DNA of 64,000 nucleotides from Candidatus Poribacteria bacterium (GTDB lineage: Bacteria > Poribacteria > WGA-4E > WGA-3G): NCBI GenBank assembly GCA_965242965.1, contig OZ251518.1:1216001-1280000 (forward strand). Direction: 5' to 3'. Below, piece by piece: positions 21,872-31,985 of the stretch. The number at the start of each line of letters is the position of its first letter. The stretch's first letter is position 1. The notes under the pieces were generated by a model that saw nothing but the letters and a program-made list of their open reading frames with translations, ran no database searches and had not been told where the DNA came from. The position numbers and the translations under genes are program-made.

Positions 21872-22828
21872 GTGGGTTTTATCCTTACTCGCGAACAAGG
21901 CAGAGTTATCCGTGCACGAACAGGATTTTATGACGTTCAACACGGAGAACTCGTCTTGCGATGCACGCTCCGAGGCACACTCAAACGAAAACACCGCACC
22001 GAAACCGGACGCAGAATCTACGCAGACCCGGGTGCTGTCGGCGATGAAGTGCTTTTCTCGCAAATCGATGATGAAGAAGGCGTGGTAGAAGATATCCTAC
22101 CGCGCCGGACGAAGTTCTCGCGGCAATACGCAGGGAGGCACGGGGACATCGAACAGGTCATCGTGGCGAACGCGCATCAAATCGTCGCTGTCGTCTCAAC
22201 GCTGATGCCGCCGATGAATTTCAGGACGCTGGACCGGTTCCTCATTCTGGCGGAAGCCGGGGACATGGAAGCAGTCATCTGCCTCAATAAGATGGATTTG
22301 GTGGACGTTGCCCAACGGCGTGAACTCGCCGAACTTTTCAGCAATTATGAGCGACTCGGTTATCGCGTCATTCACACCAGTGCCTCCATTCCTGAAGGAC
22401 TTGACATTCTTCAGGAAGTGTTGCGAGATAAATTTAGCGTCATCGTCGGTGCATCCGGCGTGGGGAAATCGAGTCTGCTGAACGCCATCCAACCGAATTT
22501 AGGATTGCGCACGGGTGAAGTCGGCGAGAAGACGCAGAAGGGCCGCCACACGACAACGCTGGTTGAGTTGTTCGCGCTGGATATCGGCGGCGAAGTTGCC
22601 GATACACCCGGCATCCGTGAAGTCGGGCTGTGGGGGGTTGACACGGAGAATCTCGAATACTATTTTCCAGAGATGGAGCCTTACCTCGGGACGTGTAAAT
22701 ATAACGATTGCGCGCACGTGAGTGAACCGGATTGTGCAGTGCAGGATGCAGTGGAAACCGGCGACATCCATCCCGAACGCTATCGGAGTTATGTCGTGCT
22801 GCGGACAGGGGATGATGCAGTTTCCTAA
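21872..22828 (+). CDS. rsgA: Ribosome small subunit-dependent GTPase A
   Basis: NKMD, GASGVGKSS, GRHTTT, DTPGIRE, and CKYNDCAHVSEPDCAV zinc finger. Confidence 0.96.
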   Translation: MGFILTREQGRVIRARTGFYDVQHGELVLRCTLRGTLKRKHRTETGRRIYADPGAVGDEVLFSQIDDEEGVVEDILPRRTKFSRQYAGRHGDIEQVIVANAHQIVAVVSTLMPPMNFRTLDRFLILAEAGDMEAVICLNKMDLVDVAQRRELAELFSNYERLGYRVIHTSASIPEGLDILQEVLRDKFSVIVGASGVGKSSLLNAIQPNLGLRTGEVGEKTQKGRHTTTLVELFALDIGGEVADTPGIREVGLWGVDTENLEYYFPEMEPYLGTCKYNDCAHVSEPDCAVQDAVETGDIHPERYRSYVVLRTGDDAVS

Positions 22829-23197
22829 ATTCCCCTCTGTAGTTTGAGATCGCCTGTTTCCTAAATTCCCCTCTGTAGTTTGAGATCGCCTGATCTCAAA
22901 TAGGTAGGGATCGGGCGATCCCTACCTACAGATAGACTTTGGCCCGTAGCGCGGGGGCCTGTCCCCCGCGAGCGTCTCGGTTACCGTAGCGCGGGGGCCT
23001 GTCCCCCGCAATCGTTACATGGCGAGGGACAGGCCCCGGTTCAGCGTAGGCATAGCGCGCACGACTCTCCCCGCGATCGGTGCATGGCGAGGGACAGGCC
23101 CTCGCCCTACGGTGAAACGGATGCCCAGAGCCCGTAGCGCGGGGCCTGTCCCCCGCGAACGTTGCCCTACGCTGCAAAACGGAGGCACTCCCTACCT

Positions 23198-24079
23198 CTA
23201 CACCGACCGGTGCCCCGCATACCCACGCGGGTTTTCAAACGCATCTACCCACAGATGACACCACTCGCCGTGGTCCTTCAGGACAGTATCGGGATTTTTG
23301 CGGCTGCGCACGACAAAATCGGGATGCGCTGTCCGGCCGGTGTGATGTCCTGTCGGCTGATAGCGAAGATCCAATGACCAGCGACACCGGTCGGAGGTAT
23401 TCGGCTGTGAACGGTGCGGCGTAAACCGGCTCAATAAAACAAGATCACCGCGGTAACATTCCAACATCAGCGGTTCAACGTCGGGCATGAGCTCCGGTTT
23501 TATCATCGTGCCGCCCTCTTTCTGATGGACGAGGTAACCCTTTTCTTCGGTGGTGCCGGGCAGTGCTTGGAGGCATCCCATCTCCACCGTGCTATCGCCG
23601 AGCGGCAGCCAGCACGTTACGATATTGGAACTTTCTGCTTCTGGCATCATGACGCCGGCATCTTGGTGCCACGGGACACCGCCTGCCCAACTCGCATTGC
23701 CGTCTATCACAGGCGGTTTTGCTCGCAGATGCTGGATAGGGTTGCAGGTAATCTCCGATCCGACGATGCCTTCAATGACATCTAACAGATTGTCATTTCT
23801 GAGGAATTCAAAGATTGCCTTGCCGCGGTAGTGCATGATGTCCAGTCCGCCAGCCATCTCGTCCGCCTGCGCGAGCAGTTTCGCGAACCGCAGGTCGAAC
23901 GGTTCATCTTCATAGAGGTTCTCGATCTTTCCTTCCTGCTGCAGTGCGGTGGCCCGTTCTGATATCCAGTCAGAGATTTCGTCAATGACAGGCTGCAGGT
24001 CTGCGTCAGTCAGCGCATTTTTGACGATTAGCACGCCTTGGGTCTGGAAGGTATTGCATTGTTGTTGCGTCAGTTTCAT
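23198..24079 (-). CDS. Phytanoyl-CoA dioxygenase family protein
   Basis: PWHQDAG, TCWLPL, GCL..LPGT, PHRSQPN..RWSLDLRYQ. SD AGGAG and an upstream TTGAAA-17-TATCAT promoter support the start at 24079. Confidence 0.9.
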   Translation of the reverse strand: MKLTQQQCNTFQTQGVLIVKNALTDADLQPVIDEISDWISERATALQQEGKIENLYEDEPFDLRFAKLLAQADEMAGGLDIMHYRGKAIFEFLRNDNLLDVIEGIVGSEITCNPIQHLRAKPPVIDGNASWAGGVPWHQDAGVMMPEAESSNIVTCWLPLGDSTVEMGCLQALPGTTEEKGYLVHQKEGGTMIKPELMPDVEPLMLECYRGDLVLLSRFTPHRSQPNTSDRCRWSLDLRYQPTGHHTGRTAHPDFVVRSRKNPDTVLKDHGEWCHLWVDAFENPRGYAGHRSV

Positions 24080-24568
24080 AAAGCGTCTCCTTTTTTTGAG
24101 GATTGGGAGGGCTCTCCTACATTCATTGGAAAATATGATAGCATAGTGGGTGGAATTTTTCAACAAAAAACGTCACATTCTATCGTAGGGCGAGGGCCCT
24201 CGGATGCCACACGCGCACGCGAGCGGGTTTCCCTCGCCATGCAGCGCTCGCGGGGGACAGGCCCCCGCGCTACGGGCTCTGGGCATCCGTTTCACCGTAG
24301 GGCGCGGGGTTTGCGATCCGTAGTTCGGGATCGCCTGATCCCGAACGGGCATCTGTTTCACCGAACGTTCGCGGGGGACAGGCCCCCGCGCTACGGCCTC
24401 GGAGCATCCGTTTTATCGTAGGGCGAGGGCCTGTCCCTCGCCATGCTGCAAGTGCCAGTTTTCTCTCTCTATAGGTAAGGATTGCCTAATCCTTACCTGT
24501 TTGAGATCAGGCGATCTCAAACTACAGATGAGGAAAACTAAGTCGCTCTGTGGTTTTTTGCAAAAAAC

Positions 24569-24833
24569 TTGACAAAAAATTGCAAATAGCGTAAAATTAC
24601 CCTCAATCGCGCGGAAAACGCGCGCAAATTGCCGAAAAATTAAAAAAGTTTGACATTTTTCTCGATTTTTGCTAAAATTCGCAGAAATGTCGTGGAAAAG
24701 TCATTTTTTTTCATATTTTTGGAGAAAAATGTTGACAAAAAAATGCGAAATTTGCTAAAATAAAACCAGTTTTGGAATTTTTGGCGATTTTTCGCAGAAA
24801 AATGTTGACATGATTTGCAAAATTATGTATAAT
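24569..24833 (+). promoter_or_regulatory. Array of four tandem sigma70 promoters upstream of the caspase/FGE cluster
   Basis: TTGACA at 24569, 24650, 24732 and 24805, followed after 17/17/18/17 nt by TAAAAT, TAAAAT, TAAAAT and TATAAT. Confidence 0.85.
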
Positions 24834-25526
24834 TTTGGCAAAACGTAGTGGTAGGAGCGACTTCCGAATCGCGACTCACCACATTTCGCAAACCTGACAG
24901 AACGAGGAACGACAAAGTGAACCAGCGAAATATGAATCTCATGACTAAAAAGGTCGCGGATGACCTGCACGGGCCTCGCGGGACGCAGCACATTCGGTGT
25001 GCGTTCGGCCCCTTCGTCGCGCCGTCACGAGTTCCTATCTGTCTTGATACCGAAAAAGTAGATTCCCCCCCCCCCTACAGCCGCAGGGGTTGATGGGTTT
25101 TCACCTGACAGCATCGGGCACTTTCGCCCGTGTCTTGTCTTTAATCCCGCACGCGTTCATCGCGTTGCGGGCTATGTTTGTTGCATTGGGACTGTCCCGA
25201 TGCATGTTTTCCCTGCCATATTTCCGGTTGCATTCGCTTCCGTTGTTATCTCCTCTGTTGCTCTCTGTCGTTTCAGTCGGATATTTCCGCGCGCTGCCTG
25301 TGTTTGGGGCGGCGTGGTTGCGCGCGTTCGCTGCGCGTCCTCGCGGAGAAACGTTGAGAAGGAAAGCGATGGTGACTGGGCGTTGGCAGGTGTTTTTAAC
25401 TCGGTTCCGGGCAAAACACCTGATAGAGGGTTATGCCGAAAAATCCTGTCTACACAATCATTAACAATGGAACAGGCAGGCACAACTGCCTGCCACCGAC
25501 AACTCTGAAAACGAAAGGACGCACGC

Positions 25527-25997
25527 ATGAACCGATACCGAACTCTCTGCATCACTGTACTACTAGCAGCACTCGTCTGCTTCACAATCGGATGCCAGGC
25601 TGGGAAGAAGAATAGCGACGAAATCCCAAAGCCGCCGGAACCGAAATATCGCACCGACACCGTGCTGCTCATTGAATCCGATGGCTACGGCTATCTCGCG
25701 CGGGTGACAGAAGATACGCCGCCGGATGCAAAGGAAGTGCCAGTCAAATTCTTCTCCGCGGCACTTGAAAAGAAGGTTGGCAATGCTGTCGCGTCCGAGA
25801 ACATTCTGACAGCCCGAGAGGAACCGCCAGATGGCTGGGCATCGCGCCCCGTGTCAATTGACTACTTCAACGGCATCACGTGGAAACACCAAATGAATGT
25901 GCTGGAGTTGGAGGACGGCTATCTCCTACCTGAAGAGGTCAAGGGCAAACGGCGTGTGGAATTCGCGAACGTCCGTGTCCCCATCGCCGTGCATTGA
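25527..25997 (+). CDS. Lipoprotein consisting of a cluster-specific ~110-aa domain
   Basis: Lipobox FTIG|C; domain TVLLIESDGYGYLARVTEDT...RRVEFANVRVPIAVH. Confidence 0.8.
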   Translation: MNRYRTLCITVLLAALVCFTIGCQAGKKNSDEIPKPPEPKYRTDTVLLIESDGYGYLARVTEDTPPDAKEVPVKFFSAALEKKVGNAVASENILTAREEPPDGWASRPVSIDYFNGITWKHQMNVLELEDGYLLPEEVKGKRRVEFANVRVPIAVH

Positions 25998-26052
25998 AAC
26001 CACAGGAGAGCCCTCACAGGCGCGGCGCGCGCTAACAAAAGGAGACAATATC

Positions 26053-26751
26053 ATGAACCGATATCAAATCATTTTCGCATTCACCGCTGTGTTGCTAGGG
26101 ATTTTCCTCTGTTTCACAATCGGCTGTCAGCCGGACAAGAATAACGATGAAAAGCCGGTAGAAAAGCCGCCGGAACCACCACCGGAACCGCCGGAGGAAC
26201 CACCGCCGGAGGAAAAGCCACCGGAACCACCGCCGGAGGAAAAGCCGCCGGAGGAAAAGCCACCGGAACCACCGCCGGAGGAAAAGCCGGAGGAACCACC
26301 GCCGGAGGAACCACCGGAGGAACCACCGCCGGAGGAACCACCGCCGGAGGAACCACCGCCGGAGGAAAAGCCACCGGAGGAAAAGCCACCGGAACCGCTC
26401 TACAAAACTGGTACCGTGCTGCTCATTGAATCCGATGACTACGGCTACCTTGCGCGGGTGACAGAAGATACACTGCCCGATGCAACGGAAGTGCCAGTCA
26501 AATTTTTCTCGGCGGAGGTCCGGAAGAAAGCCGGGGACACCGTCAAGCCAGAGGATATTCTAAGGATTCGAGAGGAACCCCCAGATGGCTGGGCATCGCG
26601 CCCCATCGCCTTGGAGTACTTTGATGGTGCCACTTGGAAGCATCAAATGGATGTGCTTGAGTTGAAGGACGGCTATCTCCTACCTGAAGGAGTCAAAGGA
26701 GAGCGGCGGGTGGAATTCGCGAATGTCCGCGTCCCCATCGCCGTGCATTGA
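26053..26751 (+). CDS. Lipoprotein with a Pro/Glu-rich stalk and the cluster-specific C-terminal domain
   Basis: SD AGGAG; lipobox FTIG|C; ~80-aa PPEE/KPPE repeats; C-terminus is a close paralog of 25527..25997. Confidence 0.85.
   Translation: MNRYQIIFAFTAVLLGIFLCFTIGCQPDKNNDEKPVEKPPEPPPEPPEEPPPEEKPPEPPPEEKPPEEKPPEPPPEEKPEEPPPEEPPEEPPPEEPPPEEPPPEEKPPEEKPPEPLYKTGTVLLIESDDYGYLARVTEDTLPDATEVPVKFFSAEVRKKAGDTVKPEDILRIREEPPDGWASRPIALEYFDGATWKHQMDVLELKDGYLLPEGVKGERRVEFANVRVPIAVH
26146..26397 (+). repeat. Intragenic imperfect tandem repeat (CCGCCGGAGGAA-like) encoding a Pro-Glu linker
   Basis: Directly visible ccaccggaggaa/ccgccggaggaaaag units. Confidence 0.9.
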
Positions 26752-26767
26752 ATAGGAGAAAACAACG

Positions 26768-28435
26768 ATGCACCTTGATAAATACCGCTACCAACGTTTG
26801 GCAGCATCACCGACGTTACTTTTGATAGCACTCGCTATCGCTATCGTGCTCAGCGGTGCCTTCGCGGCGACTGCAGACGCACAGACGGTGCACGCGCTAC
26901 TCGTTATCATGGACGATGACCTGGACATCGCGATCAGCGTCGGGCAAAACCGTAAGCGCGTGAGGAACTTCTTCGACCGCCTCCCCGGCACGAAACTTGA
27001 AATCTACAGTGCTGAGGACATGAGAAAAGCGAACGAACTCAGGCCGCAGCATATCCTTGATTGGATCCAGCGGTGTCCCGCTGGCGCGCAAGACACTATC
27101 TTTGTTTACTACAGTGGCCATGGATACAGCGACGACCTCCACAAACGGCACTACCTCAGCCTCCGCCTCCACAATCCCGCGTTTTCGGTGAGGCGGAGCG
27201 ATCTCGCAGACGCGCTCAAAAAGAAACCGTGCCGCTTGAAGATGCTGGTCACTGATGCATGTAGCAACTTTTTGGACACGCAACTTGCTGCGAGCGTGAA
27301 ACAATATGCCGCCTTGCAATCCAAAGCGCAACTCTATGCCAAGAATCTCTTCCTCCAGCATGAAGGATTCCTTGACATCAACGCCGCATCACCTGGGCAT
27401 TTTGCACTCGGCAGCAACGACATCGGCGGGTTCTTTACCACTGCGCTCATCACGAGCAGCTTCACCGCCGAATCAGACACAAACGGCGACCGGTTCCTCT
27501 CTTGGAAAGAAGTCTTCGCCAAGTGTAAAACCGAAACGGAGAATCTGTTCCAGCAGGCACTCCCCGAAATTCGGAGCAACCCAACAGTCTTCCTACAAAT
27601 GGAAGAAGCTAGACAGACAACCCAAGTGCCGCACAATTACGAACCGCTACCAACGCGCAGCGGGACTACGGCACCGAGACTTCCCACAACTGCCGCAAAA
27701 ATTGTTGGCAACGATGGCGCAGAAATGGTGCTCATCCCCGCCGGCGAGTTTCAGATGGGCAGCAACAACGGCGATGAAGATGAAAAACCCGTGCATACCG
27801 TCTACGTGGATGCGTTCTACATGGATGTCTACGAGGTGACGAACGCGCAGTTCAAGGCGTTTGTCGATGTCAATCCGCAGTGGCAGAAAGACCAGATTTC
27901 AACAAACTACCACGATGGAGATTACCTCAATCCCTGGTCTGGTAACAGTTATCCGGTTGGAAAAGGTAACCACCCCGTGACGTATGTGAGTTGGTATGCG
28001 GCGATGGCGTATGCGGAGTGGGCAGGGAAACGGCTGCCGACGGAGGCGGAGTGGGAGAAAGCGGCGCGCGGCGGGTTGCAAGGACAGAAGTATCCGTGGG
28101 GCAATGGGATTGATGCAGGTCAGGCAAATTACAGACAGAATCTTGGGGGCACCACGGCGGTTGGGAGTTATGGTGCGAATGGGTATGGGTTATATGATAT
28201 GGCTGGCAATGTGTGGGAGTGGTGTGTTGATACGTATAAAGCGGATTTCTATAAGGTTGCGCCGCCTCGGAATCCTGCTTATCTGACAGATCAGACCAAC
28301 ACCTCGCGCGTGTTGCGCGGCGGCAGTTGGTTCAATACAGCGCGGTACTTGCGCGTCGCCGATCGCGGCAGGGGTTCGCCGACGGGCTCGTACTCGTACG
28401 ACGGTTTTCGTTGCGCGAGGGCTGTTACGCCTTGA
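26768..28435 (+). CDS. Exported caspase-like (C14) protease + FGE-sulfatase (CLec) domain; putative DGR target 1
   Basis: ADA|QTVHALL; YYSGHG and TDACS dyad; MVLIPAGEFQMG, RLPTEAEWEKAARGG, GNVWEW, RGGSW..GFRC. Confidence 0.88.
   Translation: MHLDKYRYQRLAASPTLLLIALAIAIVLSGAFAATADAQTVHALLVIMDDDLDIAISVGQNRKRVRNFFDRLPGTKLEIYSAEDMRKANELRPQHILDWIQRCPAGAQDTIFVYYSGHGYSDDLHKRHYLSLRLHNPAFSVRRSDLADALKKKPCRLKMLVTDACSNFLDTQLAASVKQYAALQSKAQLYAKNLFLQHEGFLDINAASPGHFALGSNDIGGFFTTALITSSFTAESDTNGDRFLSWKEVFAKCKTETENLFQQALPEIRSNPTVFLQMEEARQTTQVPHNYEPLPTRSGTTAPRLPTTAAKIVGNDGAEMVLIPAGEFQMGSNNGDEDEKPVHTVYVDAFYMDVYEVTNAQFKAFVDVNPQWQKDQISTNYHDGDYLNPWSGNSYPVGKGNHPVTYVSWYAAMAYAEWAGKRLPTEAEWEKAARGGLQGQKYPWGNGIDAGQANYRQNLGGTTAVGSYGANGYGLYDMAGNVWEWCVDTYKADFYKVAPPRNPAYLTDQTNTSRVLRGGSWFNTARYLRVADRGRGSPTGSYSYDGFRCARAVTP
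28307..28435 (+). other. DGR variable region VR1 with IMH-like end
   Basis: Colinear with VR2 and VR3; differences concentrated at codon positions 1-2. Confidence 0.8.
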
Positions 28436-28448
28436 ATCTTAACTCCCT

Positions 28449-28496
28449 TACCCCTTCTGATCGGTTTACCGATCAGACCGTTATGAAAAAGGGGTA
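28449..28496 (+). other. Hairpin/cruciform downstream of VR1
   Basis: TCTGATCGG-TTTA-CCGATCAGA (28456-28477), nested in TACCCCTT..AAGGGGTA. Confidence 0.75.
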
Positions 28497-28640
28497 TATA
28501 TTAGACCTAACGGCCGGCCCGGTGCCTCTTTTTCGTCGAGAAATCCGCTTACTATGCGGTTTCATTCTACGAACAACTTTTGTGGGCGCGGTCTTTTCAA
28601 TATGGAGATGAGACGCATCAACGTTATTTGGTAGTTAACC

Positions 28641-28986
28641 GAGGGTGTTTCATAAATCGTTCAACGTCGCGGTGACAGGCCCCTGCTACGGTGAAGAAAC
28701 GCCTCCTTTTCACGTAGGGCGAGGGCCTGTCCCTCGCCATGCACAGGTCTGCGCAGCAACCATCCGTAGTCTCTGGGCTGCGGGCGTTTTCCGCAGCGGG
28801 TGAGAGATCGCGGGGGACAGGCCCCCGCGCTACGGGAAACAACGTCTCTTAGGTCCGTAGGACCTTAATGTCTATAGTTCGCTCGCCTGCGAAGAACCTT
28901 AATAAACGGCACGACACGTATTTCTATAGACATGTAGGTCCTACGGACCTAAAGAGGCATCCCTAACGGAGTTATGAAACACCCTC
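28641..28986. mobile_element. MITE-like element with a perfect 8-bp target-site duplication
   Basis: GAGGGTGTTTCATAA ... TTATGAAACACCCTC, with AGTTAACC at both 28633-28640 and 28987-28994. Confidence 0.8.
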
Positions 28987-29231
28987 AGTTAACCCGGTAG
29001 GCGAGACCTCCTGGTCTCGACGGTTTTCGGACGAGTCTCGGTGGTTTTCGTCATCCATCAAGACTGGGAGAACGACACGGGGCGATGCCGTTCTATAGGT
29101 AGGTATCACTCCATGCCAACCTCTCCTACCGGTCGAAACGAATGGAGGGATTGCCAGGGAAGTGATGAACTGGCAATCTTCCTTACGGAATTGATGAGCA
29201 GGTTTCTCATGAATGAAAGGAGGATTACATT

Positions 29232-30434
29232 TTGAGATGCAACCTTAGCAAGCGAATTCCGCTTGTTGTTTTAGCCGTGCTATTCTGCATCGCCGCGCTG
29301 TTTATCGGCCGTGGACATGCAGATCCAGCCACTTCCGAGGAAGGGACTGCCTCTCTGGAAAGAGATACTGCGCAGTCCGGAACATCTATGGGAATTGTTT
29401 CGGAGATGTTTTTCCGTCCCTATCCGCACCGCGCTGATATAGTGATTGACGCGGGCGATTTGGGTCGCTACCGCTTCTCGGAAGATACAGAGCTCCGCCG
29501 CATTCCGCGCGATGTGGACATCCGGCGGGAACTCGTTCAGTTGCTCAACGATGTCGAAAAAGAGGTAGGGCAGCCAGTTCTGATTCTCACCGGCTACCGT
29601 TCCGAGCAACATCAAATCTATCTTTGGGCGAAATGGCTTAAAGATAACCGTGCCAAGGTCCGCGCTCTCAACCGGGAAGATCACCGGACATGGGCGACGT
29701 GGATTGAGGCGAGTCAGGAGCTGCGGGGATGTCCCCCGCTTGCAACGAAACACCAGACTGGGGACGCTGTCACTTTTTATTGGAAAACCTTGTCTCTAGA
29801 CTCGCGGAGAACACGCAAAGAGCTCACTGAGCTTATCCGCGAGTTAGGGGGAGAGGAGCAGTATTCCGCGCGTGACCGGCGGGAGTTCAATATTCCGCGC
29901 GGCGATAACGCGCTGTTTGAGGTAACAGCGTACGAGGAAGACGACAATATCAGTCTTGACAATCCGCAGGGATATCCCTGCTTCCGTGTCGTCTACCGTC
30001 CCAGTGAAACGCCGCGAGCACCGCGCAGTCGATATGTCGGTGTCCGCGACCGCGACGACAGACGCGACACAACACCGCGCACCTATAAAGAAGGTGACAT
30101 CCTCCTCATCGCCGTAGACGATTACAACTACCTCGGCCGAGTCACGGAGGATACGCGCCTGCGGGACGAGTTTGTTAAAGTTCAGTTCTTCGTTGAAGAG
30201 ATCGACGATGAACTCGGTGACGAAGTCTCTATTGATGAAATCTCAGGCGTTCGCCCTAAGCCGGAAGCCGGTTGGGGTAAAGCGAAAGTCATTTTGGAGT
30301 ACTACAACGGGAAGGAATGGAAGTATTCCAAGGATGTGTTGGTGTTTAGAGACTACTACCGTCTTCCGCGCTCGGTTCGCGGTGAGTATATATTGAAATT
30401 TAATCAGGTTCGATTTCCTATTGCTGTCCACTAG
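29232..30434 (+). CDS. Exported protein with an M15/VanY-like (possibly degenerate) peptidase region and the cluster-specific C-terminal domain
   Basis: SD AGGAGG before a TTG start; LTGYRSEQHQ..TKHQTGDAVT resembles the M15 SGYRS..SxHxxGxAxD motif; ends QVRFPIAVH. Confidence 0.6.
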   Translation: MRCNLSKRIPLVVLAVLFCIAALFIGRGHADPATSEEGTASLERDTAQSGTSMGIVSEMFFRPYPHRADIVIDAGDLGRYRFSEDTELRRIPRDVDIRRELVQLLNDVEKEVGQPVLILTGYRSEQHQIYLWAKWLKDNRAKVRALNREDHRTWATWIEASQELRGCPPLATKHQTGDAVTFYWKTLSLDSRRTRKELTELIRELGGEEQYSARDRREFNIPRGDNALFEVTAYEEDDNISLDNPQGYPCFRVVYRPSETPRAPRSRYVGVRDRDDRRDTTPRTYKEGDILLIAVDDYNYLGRVTEDTRLRDEFVKVQFFVEEIDDELGDEVSIDEISGVRPKPEAGWGKAKVILEYYNGKEWKYSKDVLVFRDYYRLPRSVRGEYILKFNQVRFPIAVH

Positions 30435-30474
30435 TTGGACGATTAACCCTATTTGACTCAGGAGGTCAAAAAGA

Positions 30475-31884
30475 ATGTTTGTTTCAAAATTTCGGCTTAT
30501 CGCCGTATTAGTGTTTGCGCTGGGCACTGTGATGCTCACGGCTCCTACGGTGGAGGCGCAAACTGTCCATGCCTTACTCGTGATTATGGATGCCGATAAA
30601 CGCCTCGGCGGGGGAATGCAAGTCAACCAGAAGAAAGTGGAAGACTTACTCTCACAGGTGAAACGGGTCTATCGGGTTGACACGGATGTCTATCTGAGTT
30701 CCCGTGGCGAAACCACACCGCGCAATGTGCTGCGATGGGTTCAAGACCTGCGCCCCGCGCGTGACGATGTAGTGTTTATCTACTACGGTGGACACGGTGG
30801 GATGGTTAGCAAGACAGATCGGCGGACTTATCTCTACCTAACGAACGGCGAACTGTACCGGACAGATCTCGAGGCTGCGGTTAAATCGCATTCTTGCCGT
30901 TTGAAAATTATCGTTACTGATGCTTGTAGCAGTTATCCGGTGCGCCAGTCGCAGGCACAGGTGCAAGCTTTTGGTGTATCCACTGTTTCCTCTCGTCAAA
31001 ACGCGATGATCAAAAATCTGTTTGGACAACATGAGGGGCTCCTGCACGTCAACGGAGCGAGTGAAGGCCAATACGGCTGGAGCGATGCCTCCAGAAATGG
31101 GCAGGGAAGTTTTTTTACTCGCAGCTTCATCACCGCTATTGATCACAAAAATTATAAGGGCGGGGATGGGTTCGTTGAATGGAAAGAGGTTTTTGAACTA
31201 GCGCGAAGGACCACGCAAGAAGTTTTTCGCCAAGTGAAGGATGGTGGAGGGCTTGAAGGGGCTTTGCAAGAACCTCATATCGACTCGGCACAGGTAACCC
31301 TGCAAACTCCTCAGGCGTATGCTCTGGCTGGCCGCCTGCACGATGGCCCTAGCGACATTGATGACCCGCTTTGGGAACTAGAAAATCCGCGGCAGAGGAT
31401 TGCAGTGTCAATGTCCCCCAGTCAGACCAGATACAGAGCGGGGGACTATCTTGATTTAACGCTGCGGGCGGACGACGACTGCTACATTACGCTGCTGAAT
31501 TGGGACTCACACGGCAACTTTACTAAGTTGTTCCCCAACAAATATCAGGAGGATAACTTCATCCGCGGGGGACGTACCTATCACTTTCCACCTGAGGATG
31601 CTGACTTTGAACTTCACCTCCCTGGCCCCGTAGGCAAGGAGATGCTGAAGTTAATCGTTGTCACTTCTTCCCGTGCCAACGACAAAATTAACCAAATCCT
31701 CGATCGTCCAAGGACAGAACCTTTTGCCACGCAGAGTTCGCGCGCCAAGGATGGGCAAACTCTGATTCTGCCTCAAATTATTGCAACCGTTGAGGCTGAA
31801 ACAAGGATTGTTGAAGTCTTAAAGAGACTGCCCTCTAGCGAATGGGCGGAAGTTCATTTTGATGTAGATATTGAGCGGCGGTGA
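30475..31884 (+). CDS. Exported caspase-like protease + DUF4384-like domain
   Basis: VEA|QTVHALL; YYGGHG, TDACS; YRAGDYL..DCYITLLNWDS..LFPN..GPVGKE. Confidence 0.82.
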   Translation: MFVSKFRLIAVLVFALGTVMLTAPTVEAQTVHALLVIMDADKRLGGGMQVNQKKVEDLLSQVKRVYRVDTDVYLSSRGETTPRNVLRWVQDLRPARDDVVFIYYGGHGGMVSKTDRRTYLYLTNGELYRTDLEAAVKSHSCRLKIIVTDACSSYPVRQSQAQVQAFGVSTVSSRQNAMIKNLFGQHEGLLHVNGASEGQYGWSDASRNGQGSFFTRSFITAIDHKNYKGGDGFVEWKEVFELARRTTQEVFRQVKDGGGLEGALQEPHIDSAQVTLQTPQAYALAGRLHDGPSDIDDPLWELENPRQRIAVSMSPSQTRYRAGDYLDLTLRADDDCYITLLNWDSHGNFTKLFPNKYQEDNFIRGGRTYHFPPEDADFELHLPGPVGKEMLKLIVVTSSRANDKINQILDRPRTEPFATQSSRAKDGQTLILPQIIATVEAETRIVEVLKRLPSSEWAEVHFDVDIERR

Positions 31885-31985
31885 TTCACACGCGTGGCCG
31901 GTCATCGCCTAACATCCGGCCTTTTCTGTTAGTCGTGCTTCCGCACGACTAACAGAAAAGCACTTCTCATAAAGGAAAAGAAAAC

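Noticed and set aside
25090-25672. ORFs 25090..25464, 25172..25672 and 25200..25508 in the cluster leader
   Set aside because: They have no SD, have atypical composition, and overlap each other in several frames, so they were not called.
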